The notes below the pieces were generated by a model. The model did not search any database. It was given only the letters and a program-made list of their open reading frames with translations, and was not told the DNA's origin. The position numbers and the translations under genes are program-made. A DNA stretch of 64,000 nucleotides from Thermodesulfobacteriota bacterium (GTDB lineage: Bacteria > Desulfobacterota > Desulfobacteria > Desulfobacterales > SURF-7), in the NCBI GenBank assembly GCA_049320885.1, contig JBMORA010000064.1, positions 32,001-96,000 on the forward strand. The letters run 5' to 3'. Shown here one piece after another: positions 29,444 through 39,354 of this stretch; the first letter of the stretch is position 1; the number at the start of each line of letters is the position of its first letter.

Positions 29444-30145
29444 CTAACGCAGTTGGAATACGATCGGCACGTTGATCTGCATGTCCACAGGACGGCCGTT
29501 GCGTGTGCCGGGTTGAAAAACCCATTGCCAGATGGCCGTCATGGCCGACCGGTCGAGGAGCGAATAGCCGCTGGATTGAAGTAGGCGGGCATCAGCGACG
29601 GTTCCGGAAGCGGTTACCAGAACATGCAGCATCACCGTGCCCTGGTATCCTCTGCGACGGGCCTGGGAAGGATAAGGCGGCGCCGGATTGATATCGTAGC
29701 GCGGGCTTGCTTCCCTAATCTGTTCCGGCTGGGTTTCCGCTGCCCCAGCTGACAATACCGTTGCCGCTTCGGCTTTTTCCGCTATTGGCCCGGGAGGGGA
29801 GGGGCCTGTTTCTCCGGTGGCCCCGGAAACGGTTTCCAGAGGTGGGGGAATGGCCGTTTCCGGAATGGGGTTTGCCTGTTCAGGCATTGGTGCCGGTGTC
29901 TGGGGAAGGGGCGATGATTTGGGAATGGGGCGGCGTGCGGCAGGAACCCCATGCGTTGCCGTCGTTTTGGGCGGAGAGGGCTGATGGTGGGGCCGGGGCG
30001 CTTCGCGCTGCAGCAGTTGCACGCTCAGGAAGCGGGTTTCACGGTGATGGAGTGGCCACCGCCGTTCCAACCTGCCTGCGGCCATGGTAAGGAAGGCGGC
30101 ATGGATCAGGATGGAGAGGAACAAGGCCGGAAAAAGCCGTTTCAT
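29444..30145 (-). CDS. tonB: Energy transducer TonB
   Basis: N-terminal TM with SxxxH, Pro-rich linker, PPYPSQARRRGYQGTV..SSGY..LD.SA..W.F.PG. Confidence 0.92.
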   Translation of the reverse strand: MKRLFPALFLSILIHAAFLTMAAGRLERRWPLHHRETRFLSVQLLQREAPRPHHQPSPPKTTATHGVPAARRPIPKSSPLPQTPAPMPEQANPIPETAIPPPLETVSGATGETGPSPPGPIAEKAEAATVLSAGAAETQPEQIREASPRYDINPAPPYPSQARRRGYQGTVMLHVLVTASGTVADARLLQSSGYSLLDRSAMTAIWQWVFQPGTRNGRPVDMQINVPIVFQLR

Positions 30146-30550
30146 TTACCGTTCCTTTTCAGCCTCAAGGGAAATCCGATTGATCCCAGCCGCCTTGATC
30201 CGATCGATGACGTTGAACAGTTTCTGGTAGGTCAAGCGGTTGTCCGCGAACAGCAGCAATCCGGCATTCCGGCGGCCGACGGTTTTATCCTTCAATTTTT
30301 GAGCCAGTGCCTCCAGATTCACCGGCTCTTTGTCCAAAAACAAGGTGCCGTCCTGCAGGACGGTAACCGACAGCAGGACCTGCTGATCGATTCTGGCGGT
30401 TTCCGAAACGGGCAGATCGACCGGCAAGGCGTGGTGAACAGCCATGGAAAGCATGGCGTAGACAAAGAATACGAGCAACAGAAAAATCATGTCCACGACG
30501 GGGATCATTTCAATGCGGGCTTTCCGTTCGACCTTGAAATCAATTTTCAC
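30146..30550 (-). CDS. exbD: Biopolymer transporter ExbD
   Basis: IEMIPVVDMIFLLLVFF, VDLP, AD..LTYQ; GTG start at 30550. Confidence 0.92.
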   Translation of the reverse strand: MKIDFKVERKARIEMIPVVDMIFLLLVFFVYAMLSMAVHHALPVDLPVSETARIDQQVLLSVTVLQDGTLFLDKEPVNLEALAQKLKDKTVGRRNAGLLLFADNRLTYQKLFNVIDRIKAAGINRISLEAEKER

Positions 30551-31178
30551 GGCCGGCCTCCCCGTTTTTTTTTGCGGTGTTTGCCAATTTTTCATACACG
30601 ATTTCAAGGCTGGTGGCGTATTTTTCGATCAGCAGGGCCGCCCGTTCGATGCAGGCATTGAAGTAGTTATAAAAAAAAACCGTTGGGATGGCGACTCCGA
30701 GACCGGCAGCCGTGGTGATCAGCGCCTCGGCGATGCCCCCGGTGACGATCTCCGGATGTTCAATACCGGAGGTTCCGAGCATGTCAAAGGCGGTGATGAT
30801 GCCCGTTACGGTTCCGAATATTCCCAGCAGCGGCGCGACGGTGATCATTGTATCCAGAACTCCCATATAGCGGCGCATCCGTTTGATCTCGTCCGCTCCG
30901 GCCGATTCCATGGCCTTGACCATGGAATACTCCCGGTGAAGGATTCCGGAAACGAGGATACGGATGACATGGTTTCTGGTGCCTGCGGCTTTTTCTTTTA
31001 CCCCGGACCAGTTTCCCACACGGCAAAGTTCCAGAATTTCATCCACGAGATTCTGGTTGTAGCTGAGCCTCAGCACAATCCAGAAAATTGATCGTTCGAT
31101 GATGACGGTCAGGGAAAGCAGGGAGCAGAACAGCAGCGGGTACATGACGGGACCGCCTTTATAGAAGAGTTCAATCAT
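30540..31178 (-). CDS. exbB: MotA/TolQ/ExbB proton channel protein
   Basis: GGPVMYPL, APLLGIFGTVTG, GIAEALITTAAGLGVAIP. Confidence 0.92.
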   Translation of the reverse strand: MIELFYKGGPVMYPLLFCSLLSLTVIIERSIFWIVLRLSYNQNLVDEILELCRVGNWSGVKEKAAGTRNHVIRILVSGILHREYSMVKAMESAGADEIKRMRRYMGVLDTMITVAPLLGIFGTVTGIITAFDMLGTSGIEHPEIVTGGIAEALITTAAGLGVAIPTVFFYNYFNACIERAALLIEKYATSLEIVYEKLANTAKKNGEAGREN

Positions 31179-33234
31179 GGTCTTTGTTCCTTATTCTTTG
31201 TTGATATAAGCCGGATAGAATCGCCTTCAGGGCCGCGCGGAGAGGCGCCGGAAGTCTGTCCAACCGGTTGAAATCGGGGCCGGTCGCTTCGATTTCGCCG
31301 CCGGCGATTTCCTCACCGACCAGGCGGCACCAGCTTTCATGGGCGGACAGATCCCCCACCAGCCCCTGCTCGGATGCATCGCTGATGGAAAGGGCGGCGG
31401 TCAAGAAGCCCGCATAGCGGGGATCCATCAGGATTGCCTCCAGGTCGGCAACCAACTGGTCTTGATCCACCCCGCATTCACAATTTTCACCGGCGATCAG
31501 GGAAGAGGGTGTGATACCGCGTTCCCGCAGGCGGCTGAAAATGGAGCGGTTGCCCGTCAACCTGTTCTGGAGTGAAACCGCCCGGATCACTCCGGCATGG
31601 ACAACAGCGGCGATCAATTCCCCCATTTTGGTGTGACCGCCAGTGTTGTCGATGGTGCGGCCTATTCCCTGGGCAATGAGGATATTGTCCGTTCCGGTTC
31701 CGGTAGCGCCGTATGACAGGGGGGTCTCGCTGCTGCGGATATCCAGGTCCTGAAGCGCGGCTGTTTTGGCTTCCGTGGCCGTGATGATTGCCCGGGTCAT
31801 GGCCCGGGGCGTCAACCGCATATTGGTCAGCAGGATGATGTTGATGGTGCCGGGTTCATAATACCCGCCGGAATCTTTGGATGTCCTCAAGGCATTGGAC
31901 TGCACACCGGCGGTTATCAGGGCATAAACCCGCATGTCCTTGAAGGCTTTTTCCGTGACGGCGAGATGGTCCATATTCGCGCCGGTAAATAACAGGCTGG
32001 TGCTCTCCCCGGACAAACCAACGACAGTCATGATTTTCCGTTGCAGGTCTGCCAGATCGCTCTGGTGGCCTGAAGTCCAGGTTTGGGGCGGCAGGTAGTG
32101 ATTGCCGACTGTTTGAATACCGTTGCGCCATCCTTCCAGGGTGGATAATACCGATTGGGGGTGCATGAAATCGATCAGCAGGGTTTTTCCGATGAAGTCA
32201 TCGATGCGGCTTTCCACAATCCGGGCGCCTGAAACATGGGGCAGGTCTATGGTTACCGTTTTGTTCATCAGAACCGTCTCGGTTTCCTCCCGGTCTTCAC
32301 TTGCGGCAAAGGAATCCCCGTAGATCCGGGAAGCCAGCCAGGATACAAAATAGCCTGTTCTGGTGGACACCCGGCAGGTGAGATCGCAGGGGAAATAGAA
32401 AACTTGTCCGTTTCTTACCGCTTCCACATCCTTCCAGCCTTCCCGGATCAAGGTCTCCCGGGCGACATTTTTATCGTCCTCACAACCATAGATCACCTGG
32501 GGGTTGTACTTTCGCCATTGTGCCAATGTAATCGGGACGACGGCTCCGTCCCGGACGAAGTCCGGCGCAATGCCTCCGGCGGCAAGGATCAGCTCATCCT
32601 GAAAGGATGTTTTTCCAGGAGTCATGATGGTGCCGGCGCCGTCCATGATTCGGATCACCCGTCTGCGGTTTTCCGGCGGAATTTTCTCCATTTTCCGCGC
32701 CACGAGATCCAGTTCCGCCTGGATGTCTGCAATGAGACGCCCGGCCTGCGCCTCTTTCCGGAAAAGTTTTCCCAGCAGACGGATGGCGTTATAACTTCCT
32801 TCAATGGTGCGGCTGTCCAGTTCAATCAGCCGGACATGGCCTGCTGCATAACGTTGACGAATCGCCTTGTGCTGTTGCGACAGAAAAATCAAATCCGGGG
32901 ACAACTGATCGATTCTTTCGATGGATGGATGGTAGAAGCCGCCCACCACTGGCAGGCCGGCCGCTTCCGGCGGACAGGTGTCATGGATGGTCACTCCGGC
33001 CAGCACATCACCGGCGCCGATGCCGAACAGCATTTCCGTGACCGAAGGCACGAGGGATATGACCCGGCCGGGCGGTTTGGCGAAATCAAACCGCTGTCCG
33101 CTGGCATCCACAACGCTCAGGGAGGCGGCTCCGATGGCTTGAGCGCATCCGAAGAAAAGGATCATGGCCGCCAGACAGGGCCCTATGCGGTCGGTGCGGT
33201 TCTTTTTTGGGAATGATCGGGTGGTTGTTTCCAT
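31171..33234 (-). CDS. cbiZ: Fusion: BtuF-like substrate-binding protein + adenosylcobinamide amidohydrolase CbiZ
   Basis: Signal peptide; RVISLVPSVTEMLFGIG..PSIE..NPQVIYG binding domain; CbiZ motifs LLFTGANM, TAGVQSNA, PGTINII, EAKTAAL, ATGTGTDN, GGHTKMG. Confidence 0.85.
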   Translation of the reverse strand: METTTRSFPKKNRTDRIGPCLAAMILFFGCAQAIGAASLSVVDASGQRFDFAKPPGRVISLVPSVTEMLFGIGAGDVLAGVTIHDTCPPEAAGLPVVGGFYHPSIERIDQLSPDLIFLSQQHKAIRQRYAAGHVRLIELDSRTIEGSYNAIRLLGKLFRKEAQAGRLIADIQAELDLVARKMEKIPPENRRRVIRIMDGAGTIMTPGKTSFQDELILAAGGIAPDFVRDGAVVPITLAQWRKYNPQVIYGCEDDKNVARETLIREGWKDVEAVRNGQVFYFPCDLTCRVSTRTGYFVSWLASRIYGDSFAASEDREETETVLMNKTVTIDLPHVSGARIVESRIDDFIGKTLLIDFMHPQSVLSTLEGWRNGIQTVGNHYLPPQTWTSGHQSDLADLQRKIMTVVGLSGESTSLLFTGANMDHLAVTEKAFKDMRVYALITAGVQSNALRTSKDSGGYYEPGTINIILLTNMRLTPRAMTRAIITATEAKTAALQDLDIRSSETPLSYGATGTGTDNILIAQGIGRTIDNTGGHTKMGELIAAVVHAGVIRAVSLQNRLTGNRSIFSRLRERGITPSSLIAGENCECGVDQDQLVADLEAILMDPRYAGFLTAALSISDASEQGLVGDLSAHESWCRLVGEEIAGGEIEATGPDFNRLDRLPAPLRAALKAILSGLYQQRIRNKDHD

Positions 33235-33289
33235 GATAATCCCGTCAGGTGTTTCCGGTTGAGGCACGGCTTCCCCTGGAGCGCTGTAT

Positions 33290-35344
33290 TCAATATTGAT
33301 AAGTGACGGATGCGTACACGGAACGACCGGCTCCCGGGAATGGCCCATAATGCCTCGTGCCGCCGCCGTCGACGAAACTTCCCACATAGGTGTCGTATTC
33401 CTCGTCCATCAGATTCGAGGCCTCTAAGGCCAACAGCCAGTTGTCCAACAGGCGTTGATCGATTCGGAGATCCATGGTTGTATATCCATCCATGGTGTAG
33501 GAAGGGACGGCATCCGTGGCGGAACGATAGAAATCCCTTCTGCTCGTGTACCGCATCACCGCCGTGGCGGTCAATCCGAAGGGACTCCGGTAACGGACAT
33601 CCGCCTTGGTGAGATGCTCGGGTACATACTGGGCATTGCGGGTCAGAAAGGGAGTTTCTTCCTCCGCATTGGTATGGGTATACCCCAGGGAGGCGCCGAA
33701 GGCATAAACAGGGTCATATTTCAATGCGGCTTCCCAGCCGTTTCCCCTGCTTTTATTGACATTGGTGGGGGTCCACTTGTTGCCGAACGGTCCCGGGAAA
33801 TTCGGGTTTTCCGCCCAGGTGATCTTGTCCTCCACATTCCAGTTGAAATAGGAAAATGACAGATCGAGCTTTTCGTCCAGGAGTTCCTGCTCCACGGTGA
33901 TATCGGTATGCCAGCCGGTCTGGGGTTTGAGGTCCGGATTGCCCCGGACGAAATCGTCTTCCGGCCAGAAAAGATCGTTGGGAGTGGGGGCCTTGAAATG
34001 CTTGCCGTGGGTGACTTTCAGCGCGGTCTGGTTAAGCGGGTTCAGGATCATTCCCAACAGGGGCAAATTTTCCGTTCCAAAGGTGGAATGATTTTCCTGA
34101 CGGACGCCGGCCAGGAATTTAATGAAACGATGGGGGCGGTACTGGGTTTCGGCATACATCCCCTTGGTTTCGATTTCCGCCTTGTTGGTGGTTTCACCGG
34201 ATAGATCCGCTCCGCCGGCATCCAGATCGACCTGCCGGGTTTTCCAGTCATGTTCCTTGATATCTCCGCCGAGCAACAAACTGGCCCCCTCCAAGGGCTT
34301 GAATTCCAGATTGCCTTCGGCGCCGGTGATGGTGTTGTCCACCCAGGTTTTCATCCCGGCGCCCGCCGGCGTCAACCAGGAAGCGGCGTTGTATCGTTCG
34401 CAATCATAACTCTCCATATCCGTGTAATACCCCTTGAGGTTCAATTCCAGCCATTTCAGCGGTTTGCTGCCGATGTCCAGCACGGCATGCCCGTCCTTGG
34501 TTTCCCCTTGATCCAGTAGACTCGCGGAGGCATCGTCATAAAATTGCACGCCGCCGATAAAATGGTTCGTCGGCTGCGCTTCGGGCGGGGGGTCGATTCC
34601 CGGACGGCCGAAATCCCGGTCGATATAGTCACCGTAAAGACTGACATCCAGCTTGTCACCCTTATCGTATACGAGTTTTAATGATACATCGTTCTGGCTC
34701 AGATCGCCGTTATCGCGGTGACCGTCCGTTTCCTGACGGCCGGCGGTCAGGTAATAACCGACATTATCGGTTACGAACATTCCCTGTTCGGCGGAGACCG
34801 CATAGGTCCCCTGGGTCCCATAGCCCGCACTGGCGCTCAAATCCATTCGGTCGCGCTGGGGGGCTTTGGTGAGGATGTTGATGGTTCCCGCCATGGCGCC
34901 CGATCCATAGAGCAATGACCCAGACCCCTTGACGATTTCAATCCGTTCGATGTTGTTCAGGGGCATGCCGCTCACATCGGCTGATCCAAGGGACGGGGAA
35001 TTGATGCTGACACCGTTCACCAGCACCTGAACTTCGTCTCCGGCCATGCCGCGCATATGGATTTCTTCCCCCGCACCGCCATAATCCCCTCTGGTCCGCC
35101 AGTCGATCCCCGGTTCATTGGCCAGTAGTTCTCCCAGGCTCCGGACCGGTGACGATTCAATATCCAGCATATCCTTGATGATCACCGGGTTGGGGATATC
35201 CTGCCTTTTTTCCTCGGTTTTGGTGGCAGTGACGATGACCGGCGCAAGGGTTGGAACGGCGGATGGTTCTTTTCGCTCTTTAGCGGATAGAACTGTCGGC
35301 AGCAGACATGTCAAGGCCAACCAGAATGCGATCTTTTTTTTCAT
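33290..35344 (-). CDS. btuB: TonB-dependent receptor, BtuB-like corrinoid transporter
   Basis: Signal peptide, VIVTATK TonB box, plug IERIEIVKGSGSLLYGSGAMAGTINILT, GNPDLKP, terminal GRSVYASVTYQY; directly downstream of a cobalamin riboswitch. Confidence 0.88.
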   Translation of the reverse strand: MKKKIAFWLALTCLLPTVLSAKERKEPSAVPTLAPVIVTATKTEEKRQDIPNPVIIKDMLDIESSPVRSLGELLANEPGIDWRTRGDYGGAGEEIHMRGMAGDEVQVLVNGVSINSPSLGSADVSGMPLNNIERIEIVKGSGSLLYGSGAMAGTINILTKAPQRDRMDLSASAGYGTQGTYAVSAEQGMFVTDNVGYYLTAGRQETDGHRDNGDLSQNDVSLKLVYDKGDKLDVSLYGDYIDRDFGRPGIDPPPEAQPTNHFIGGVQFYDDASASLLDQGETKDGHAVLDIGSKPLKWLELNLKGYYTDMESYDCERYNAASWLTPAGAGMKTWVDNTITGAEGNLEFKPLEGASLLLGGDIKEHDWKTRQVDLDAGGADLSGETTNKAEIETKGMYAETQYRPHRFIKFLAGVRQENHSTFGTENLPLLGMILNPLNQTALKVTHGKHFKAPTPNDLFWPEDDFVRGNPDLKPQTGWHTDITVEQELLDEKLDLSFSYFNWNVEDKITWAENPNFPGPFGNKWTPTNVNKSRGNGWEAALKYDPVYAFGASLGYTHTNAEEETPFLTRNAQYVPEHLTKADVRYRSPFGLTATAVMRYTSRRDFYRSATDAVPSYTMDGYTTMDLRIDQRLLDNWLLALEASNLMDEEYDTYVGSFVDGGGTRHYGPFPGAGRSVYASVTYQY

Positions 35345-35380
35345 TTTTTCCCCTTTTTGTCATCAAAACCGGTCACGGAG

Positions 35381-35417
35381 AAAAAAAAACCCCGGACCGT
35401 CGGTTGCGATCCAGGGA
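35381..35417 (-). terminator. Intrinsic terminator forming the riboswitch expression platform
   Basis: Minus strand CCCTGGATCG-loop-CGGTCCGGGG followed by T9, between aptamer and btuB start. Confidence 0.75.
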
Positions 35418-35479
35418 TGTCCCAATTTATCCAAATAGATCCAATCGCGTTTTCTTTTTTCCGGAAAGAAAACGCCTTC

Positions 35480-35645
35480 CATTCAGGTAGGTCTTCTGGC
35501 TTTCGGTTCGTTCTACCGGCTGCCCCTTCCCGTCCATTTCCCGGACAGTGGCTCCATGCAGCTTTCGTCCCCGATTACAGCGGCGGGCCCGCAGCGGTTT
35601 TTCACCGCTTTCCCTTTTATGCCTCGGCAGGCACCTGAACAGTGC
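35480..35645 (-). ncRNA. Cobalamin (AdoCbl) riboswitch
   Basis: Minus strand AGGTGC..AAAAGGGAAAGCGGTGAAAAACCGCTGCGGGCCCGCCGCTGTAA..GCCACTG..GGGAAGG..B12 box AGCCAGAAGACCTACC. Confidence 0.95.
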
Positions 35646-35691
35646 TTGTTCGGGTTATAGAGATACCCTTTCGTTTTGGAAAAAGTCAAGG

Positions 35692-35725
35692 GAAAATTCC
35701 CGTCGGAAATGCCGACGGGTTTCCG
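35692..35725 (-). terminator. Hairpin/terminator after pyk
   Basis: CCCGTCGG-N5-CCGACGGG stem immediately after the pyk stop, followed by AATTTT. Confidence 0.55.
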
Positions 35726-35726
35726 C

Positions 35727-37139
35727 CTATCGACGTTTCAACAGGTTCTTGGCGCTGCTGATCTCCACATAGGAGGCCCCGTTGTCCGAACCGAAATTTC
35801 CGGCCAGAACCGTGATCAGATCGTCTTCCGTGAAATGTTTTTCGTCCAGCAGCCGGGTCAGGGCCGTGCGCAGAAATTCGTGGGAGGAGAGGTCCCTTTC
35901 CATGAAATGCGCATAGACGCCGAAGGACAAGGCCAGCTCGCGCATGACTCGTTTGCTGTAACATTGCGCGAAAATTGGATTTTCACCTCGATAGGCGGCA
36001 AGACTCAGAATCGTTTTGCCGCTGATGGTGTCGGCGATCAGGGCCTTTGTATTCAGCCGCAAGGAGGCCTTGACAGCGGCCTTGGAAAGATAACTCGTGA
36101 CGTTGTTCTTGCTTTCATAGGTCGTATCGATGAAGGTGCTGTGGCTGGATTCCACTTCGGCGGCAATTTTCGCCATCATGCCGACGGCTTCAATCGGATA
36201 TTTGCCATGGGCGGTTTCCCCGGAAAGCATGATCGCATCCGTATGATCGAGACAGGCGTTGGCCACATCGGAGACCTCGGCCCGGGTCGGCCGGGGAGAC
36301 TGAATCATGGATTGCAGCATCTGGGTGGCGATGATCACCGGTTTTCGTCTTTCGATGCATTTTTTTACCAGATTTTTTTGAATAAGAGGGATTCGCTCCG
36401 CCGGAATCTCGATGGCAAGATCACCCCTTGCCACCATCACCCCGTAGGCATGATCCAGGATTTCATCGATATTGTTCACGCCTTCCTGGTTTTCAATTTT
36501 GGCGATGATCTTGATGGCGCTTTTTTTCTCATCCAGGATTTTCTGGATGGACAGGATGTCTTCCTTATTTCGGACAAAGGAATGCGCGATGAAATCAATG
36601 TCCTGTTCGGCCGCGAAGGCGATGAAGTTCTTGTCCTTCTCACTCAAGGAGGGCAGGTTCCTGATTTTGACGGATGGCAGATTGATGCTCTTTCTTCCGC
36701 GGATGGTGCCTTCGTTTTTAACCTCACAGGTCAATTGCCGGCTGTTCTTTTCCAATACGGCCAGTTCGATGTCGCCGTCATCGATGAGAATCCTGTCGCC
36801 CGGAGACAGGTCGTCCACAAAATGATCGTAATTGACGACAACGCATTCCGGGGAAGACATTTCGTTGGGTCCACCCTTGACATGGATAATATCGCCGCAT
36901 TTGACGATAATGTCCTCTTTCGTCGGCGTGGTTCTGATTTCAGGCCCCTTGGTGTCGATCATGATGGCGATCCGGTCGGACACGGCCCGCACTTTCTGAA
37001 TCGTCTCCAGGGCCTCGTCCTGGTTTTGGTGTGCCGTGTTCATCCGGACCACGTCCATTCCGGTTTCGTGCAGTCGGCGGATAAAATCCATATCACTATT
37101 TACATTTGAGATAGTTGCGATAATTTTTGTTTTTTTCAC
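35727..37139 (-). CDS. pyk: Pyruvate kinase
   Basis: KTKIIATI, RMNTAH, DTKGPEIRT, IAKIENQEG, MVARGDLAIE, ATQML, PTRAEVSD, MLSGETAHG; GTG start with RBS. Confidence 0.97.
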   Translation of the reverse strand: MKKTKIIATISNVNSDMDFIRRLHETGMDVVRMNTAHQNQDEALETIQKVRAVSDRIAIMIDTKGPEIRTTPTKEDIIVKCGDIIHVKGGPNEMSSPECVVVNYDHFVDDLSPGDRILIDDGDIELAVLEKNSRQLTCEVKNEGTIRGRKSINLPSVKIRNLPSLSEKDKNFIAFAAEQDIDFIAHSFVRNKEDILSIQKILDEKKSAIKIIAKIENQEGVNNIDEILDHAYGVMVARGDLAIEIPAERIPLIQKNLVKKCIERRKPVIIATQMLQSMIQSPRPTRAEVSDVANACLDHTDAIMLSGETAHGKYPIEAVGMMAKIAAEVESSHSTFIDTTYESKNNVTSYLSKAAVKASLRLNTKALIADTISGKTILSLAAYRGENPIFAQCYSKRVMRELALSFGVYAHFMERDLSSHEFLRTALTRLLDEKHFTEDDLITVLAGNFGSDNGASYVEISSAKNLLKRR

Positions 37140-37233
37140 GTTTGCCTTCCCTCGATTGTGGAGGAAATCCGTTTGAATCCTGCGGAAAGCCACCGGCGAT
37201 TTCGCCGGCCCTTGCCGTCCGGGGAGGAAGATG

Positions 37234-37836
37234 TCAGGCTTTCAAGAAGCGGCCGACATTTACGATCATCGCTTCGGCCTTCTCAATGGATTCGGCGGTT
37301 TGAACACTCATTTCCATATCCTTTGCCGCTGTTTCGAACAACCCGTTGATTTCCTTTGTTTCGGGGTTGACCACCAGGATGACTTTGCCGACACCGCCAT
37401 TGTATAGGTTGTACAACAATTTGCGCATCTGAAACAACACCCGCCGATCCTCGAAGCGCGACATCGTCGTAATGTCCAGGATGACATGGTACCCTTCCCG
37501 CAGATTCGGGATGACGGAAAGAATGCCATTGGACGATTGCTTGGAAAAACGGTAGTCGATGGCTCCGGCCAGTTCCACATAGAGGCGATTATTGGTTTCA
37601 TCGATCCAGACCTTCCATTTGGAGTCGCCTTTTTTCCCTTCCCGTTCGAGGGGCGGACGTTTTTTACCGAACAGATCCGCTATATGGTCGTATTTTTTTT
37701 CCGCTTCGCGAAGGATCTCCTCCAGCCGGTCGATCTCCCTTACGAGAATGGGAACCGCCCGGAGAGCTATGTCCACATCTTGAAGATCTACCCGGGCTTT
37801 GTTTCTGAATTTATTTTTGATTTCGTTCAGATCCAT
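37234..37836 (-). CDS. Hypothetical protein; N-terminal coiled coil, C-terminal STAS/SpoIIAA-like alpha/beta domain
   Basis: Clean 200-aa ORF; RLYVELAGAI..VILDIT..KVILVV..S.EKAE pattern. Confidence 0.6.
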   Translation of the reverse strand: MDLNEIKNKFRNKARVDLQDVDIALRAVPILVREIDRLEEILREAEKKYDHIADLFGKKRPPLEREGKKGDSKWKVWIDETNNRLYVELAGAIDYRFSKQSSNGILSVIPNLREGYHVILDITTMSRFEDRRVLFQMRKLLYNLYNGGVGKVILVVNPETKEINGLFETAAKDMEMSVQTAESIEKAEAMIVNVGRFLKA

Positions 37837-38061
37837 GATATCCTGTTCTTTCAGATGATGTTAACGGGTTTGCGTCGCGGCGGCGGTGCAAGCATTCGCC
37901 CTGAAGATGATTACGCGGTGAGATCAATATTACCTGTTTCGGAAGATCGAATCAACAGGAAATATCCGGACATCTGTTTGCAACTGCCCCGCCGGTTTGC
38001 CGGGCCCATGGGAATGCCCGATGAGCATGTCTCCGCCTTTTTCCAGGGACACGGTTTGGCC

Positions 38062-38090
38062 TTGACAGCACCATCCGATTTATCCATAAT
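38062..38090 (+). promoter_or_regulatory. Sigma70 promoter for the diguanylate cyclase
   Basis: TTGACA-N17-CATAAT. Confidence 0.65.
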
Positions 38091-38219
38091 CCGTCAACTC
38101 GCTTGAGGACCGCCTCAGGTGGTTCAAATCATCTGTCCACAGAGGCGTCAGCTCTCCCGCCGGAGGAACCCCCCGGCGGTGGGAAACGCCTTTCAGAAAC
38201 GAAAGCGCTCATAAACATC

Positions 38220-39329
38220 ATGAACGAACTTGATGCAATTCTGCTGCGACTCCAGGAAAACGAAGAAATAACAAAAAAATTTCATCGAGTTGAAACCAAA
38301 ATCCTTTCGATTCTCAATTTCAAAGACCTTTTTGAAGTATTGTTAACGGAGATCCAGGACAATTTCAAAGTACCCTATGTGTGGATTTCCATGGTGGAAA
38401 ACAGCGAAATATCCAGTCTGATTGAATCCCTGGGTTCCTCGGATTTGCTGAAGGAGCACATCAATCTGATCGATAAGGATGTCTTCCTGGATTTGATCGA
38501 GCATCATACCGATCCGATTCTGGCGAACAAGAAGCTGAAACCATATTTCAAGCTCTTCCCGCAAAACAGGAAATTTTTTATCAAATCCCTTGCCGTGGCG
38601 CCCATCACCCTGGACGGCGAGATTATCGGCAGTCTGAATCAGGCCGATGCTTCACCCTCGCGGTTCCAGCCGGGAATGGATACCTCGCTGCTGCAGCAAC
38701 TGGCATTGAAAGTGTCCATCTGCCTTTCCAATGTGACAGCCCATGAAAAATTGAAATTTCTTGCCTACCATGATCCATTGACCGGTCTGCTGAATCGCCG
38801 TGTCATGGAAAATATCCTGGAACGCGAGGTCCAACGCGCCAGGCGTTATCGGAAACCCCTCTCGGTTGTTTTTGCCGATCTGGATTTTTTCAAGCATTTC
38901 AATGACACTTACGGGCATGAGCGCGGTGATGACATTCTCGTGTTTGTCGCCGACACGCTCCTGAAAATGAGCCGGCAGTCGGATATCGTGGCCCGTTTTG
39001 CAGGGGATGAATTCGTGCTGATTCTTCCGGAAACCGATGCCCAGCAGACCGAAAACCTGATGGAGCGCATCGTTTCCCACTTCAAAGTCACCCCTTATCA
39101 TTTCCCGCAGGCAGAAGTTCATGTCTCCATCAGCTATGGGATGGCCTCATCCACCGAAGGGGAGACCGATTTGCCCGAAGAGCTGCTGAAAAAGGCAGAT
39201 GAGCGGTTATACCAGCGGAAGAGAACCCGCGACAATGTATCGCCCCGGAACCTGGTCACACCCATTGCGGATAATAAAGTGATCAACCTGTCCGTTGCGG
39301 CGGCGGAGAAAAACCCCCAGACAGAATAA
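38220..39329 (+). CDS. GAF/DUF484-GGDEF diguanylate cyclase
   Basis: HDPLTGLLNRR, DLDFFKHFNDTYGHERGD, I-site RQSD, RFAGDEF, KADERLY; N-terminal GAF-like ..LAVAPI..IIGSLN. Confidence 0.9.
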   Translation: MNELDAILLRLQENEEITKKFHRVETKILSILNFKDLFEVLLTEIQDNFKVPYVWISMVENSEISSLIESLGSSDLLKEHINLIDKDVFLDLIEHHTDPILANKKLKPYFKLFPQNRKFFIKSLAVAPITLDGEIIGSLNQADASPSRFQPGMDTSLLQQLALKVSICLSNVTAHEKLKFLAYHDPLTGLLNRRVMENILEREVQRARRYRKPLSVVFADLDFFKHFNDTYGHERGDDILVFVADTLLKMSRQSDIVARFAGDEFVLILPETDAQQTENLMERIVSHFKVTPYHFPQAEVHVSISYGMASSTEGETDLPEELLKKADERLYQRKRTRDNVSPRNLVTPIADNKVINLSVAAAEKNPQTE

Positions 39330-39354
39330 TGGTTCCGACGGGAGTGAACACCCC

